Positions 62,961 through 64,000 of a stretch of 64,000 bases of DNA are shown one piece after another; the stretch's first letter is position 1, and each line of letters opens with the position of its first letter. Below the pieces are notes generated by a model. It did no database searches and was not told where the DNA came from. It worked only from the letters and a program-made list of their open reading frames with translations. The stretch lies in NCBI GenBank assembly GCA_950097015.1, contig CATNEN010000035.1, forward strand, positions 310,001 to 374,000, written 5' to 3'. The stretch comes from Macrostomum hystrix. Taxonomy: Eukaryota > Animalia > Platyhelminthes. The position numbers and the translations under genes were made by a program.

Positions 62961-64000
62961 CTACTGATGAAACACTCAGTAGTGCACCAGTGATTATGTC
63001 TATGGCAATGCATCATAAAATTCTGCGCGGTGCAGGATCCAATGTTTATTTTTAGCAGTCTTTCATTTTCCGCATAGTAAGAGGAATCTATGGTAAAAAA
63101 GCACTTGTGCAAGAATCTCAAGTTATTTATTAGGAAGCTTAAGTAATATAGTATACTATGCTGTAGTAATCTAGCTTGTATTCAAATGAGTTCCAATGAC
63201 ACCCCGGTATTGATCGCCGTCTCGGCCTCCATATTCGGCGCCGTGTCGCTCATCGCTGTATTAATTAGTTTCGGATTGACCAGTCGGTGGAAACTGAAAA
63301 ATAGTAGACTGAGTAACGATGCTTGCATGCTGAGCGGGCTACACCTCCGTGTTGTCCTATCATCCATTCAGATGGCCTGGCTGTATAATCCTGATTCGTT
63401 GATCAACGTCAAGAGGAAACTCGCCGTCTCGGATGTGAGAAGAGCCTAAGCTGTAGGACTGCAATGAATGAAGCTTTTGTACTCCTTTTTGCCATTGTAT
63501 ATATTGTACTTTAACTCCGTCCCCCCGGCGGAGGGACAACGGAGACAAATACCTACTGCCATCACCACGAAAGCTCCCAAACCGAATGACCGATTTTCGT
63601 GAAAGTCCTATTTTCAAATCACGGATTAATTTTTCTGCCCTTTACGATAAACCAACTTTCAAAGCAGAGCATCCTCGAGATATTCATAAATTCTTGTCCC
63701 TGGAGACAAGGACAAATATAATTGCTATTCGGTTCGGTTCATATCGGTTCAAAAAGTGCATAAAGTAACAATATAATCAATACAATATAGTCAGTAATAT
63801 TTGCCAAAATGGGTACCTGATAACATTTTGTGAGCAGAAAATTTTTACCTATCTTGGTGGTTTTTGCCGCCAGACACTCCGACGAGAATCCTTGAATATC
63901 TTGATGATGCCGATGTTCTGTGATTCTGGAAGTTGCTTCATCGAAAGTTTTTGCCCGTGCTCTCGATTTTCGTGACGATCGGTTGAATATTTTACGAGAC

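Noticed and set aside
63182-64000. 87-aa + strand ORF with a hydrophobic N-terminus (63186-63449) and overlapping - strand exon-like pieces to the window end
   Set aside because: The two strands give competing models, and neither splices into a clean frame or known family within the window.

Overview
Eukaryotic (metazoan) genomic DNA with spliced genes. GC-rich, Gln/Ala-rich exons and very dense intronic minisatellites suggest a flatworm such as Macrostomum; this is inference only. Host genes, all on the + strand: (1) the 3' part of a giant spectrin-repeat protein (nesprin/MSP-300-like, <1-12176); (2) an intact 11-exon calbindin-32/Cbp53E-type EF-hand gene (18355-27360, 316 aa); (3) a 5-exon insulin-receptor-substrate gene with PH, PTB and a YxxM tail (31281-42012, ~642 aa); (4) a TMEM59/BSMAP-family gene (57527-61251). 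A 12.6-kb decayed Ty3/gypsy LTR retrotransposon lies on the - strand (44636-57218; TG..CA LTRs, GATT target-site duplication (TSD), tRNA-Gln primer-binding site (PBS), polypurine tract (PPT)). It holds a 9-bp-TSD MITE, a 5'-truncated RNase H-bearing LINE and a ~2.9-kb foreign segment. That segment carries an intron-containing, disrupted gene resembling viral OB-fold ssDNA-binding proteins. A tRNA-derived CORE-type SINE ends in a 1.5-kb trinucleotide tail. About 24 tandem arrays cover roughly a third of the window. Many start just after splice donors, three families recur at distant loci, and one supplies the donor for a duplicated IRS start exon. No CRISPR arrays, rRNA or functional tRNA genes were found.
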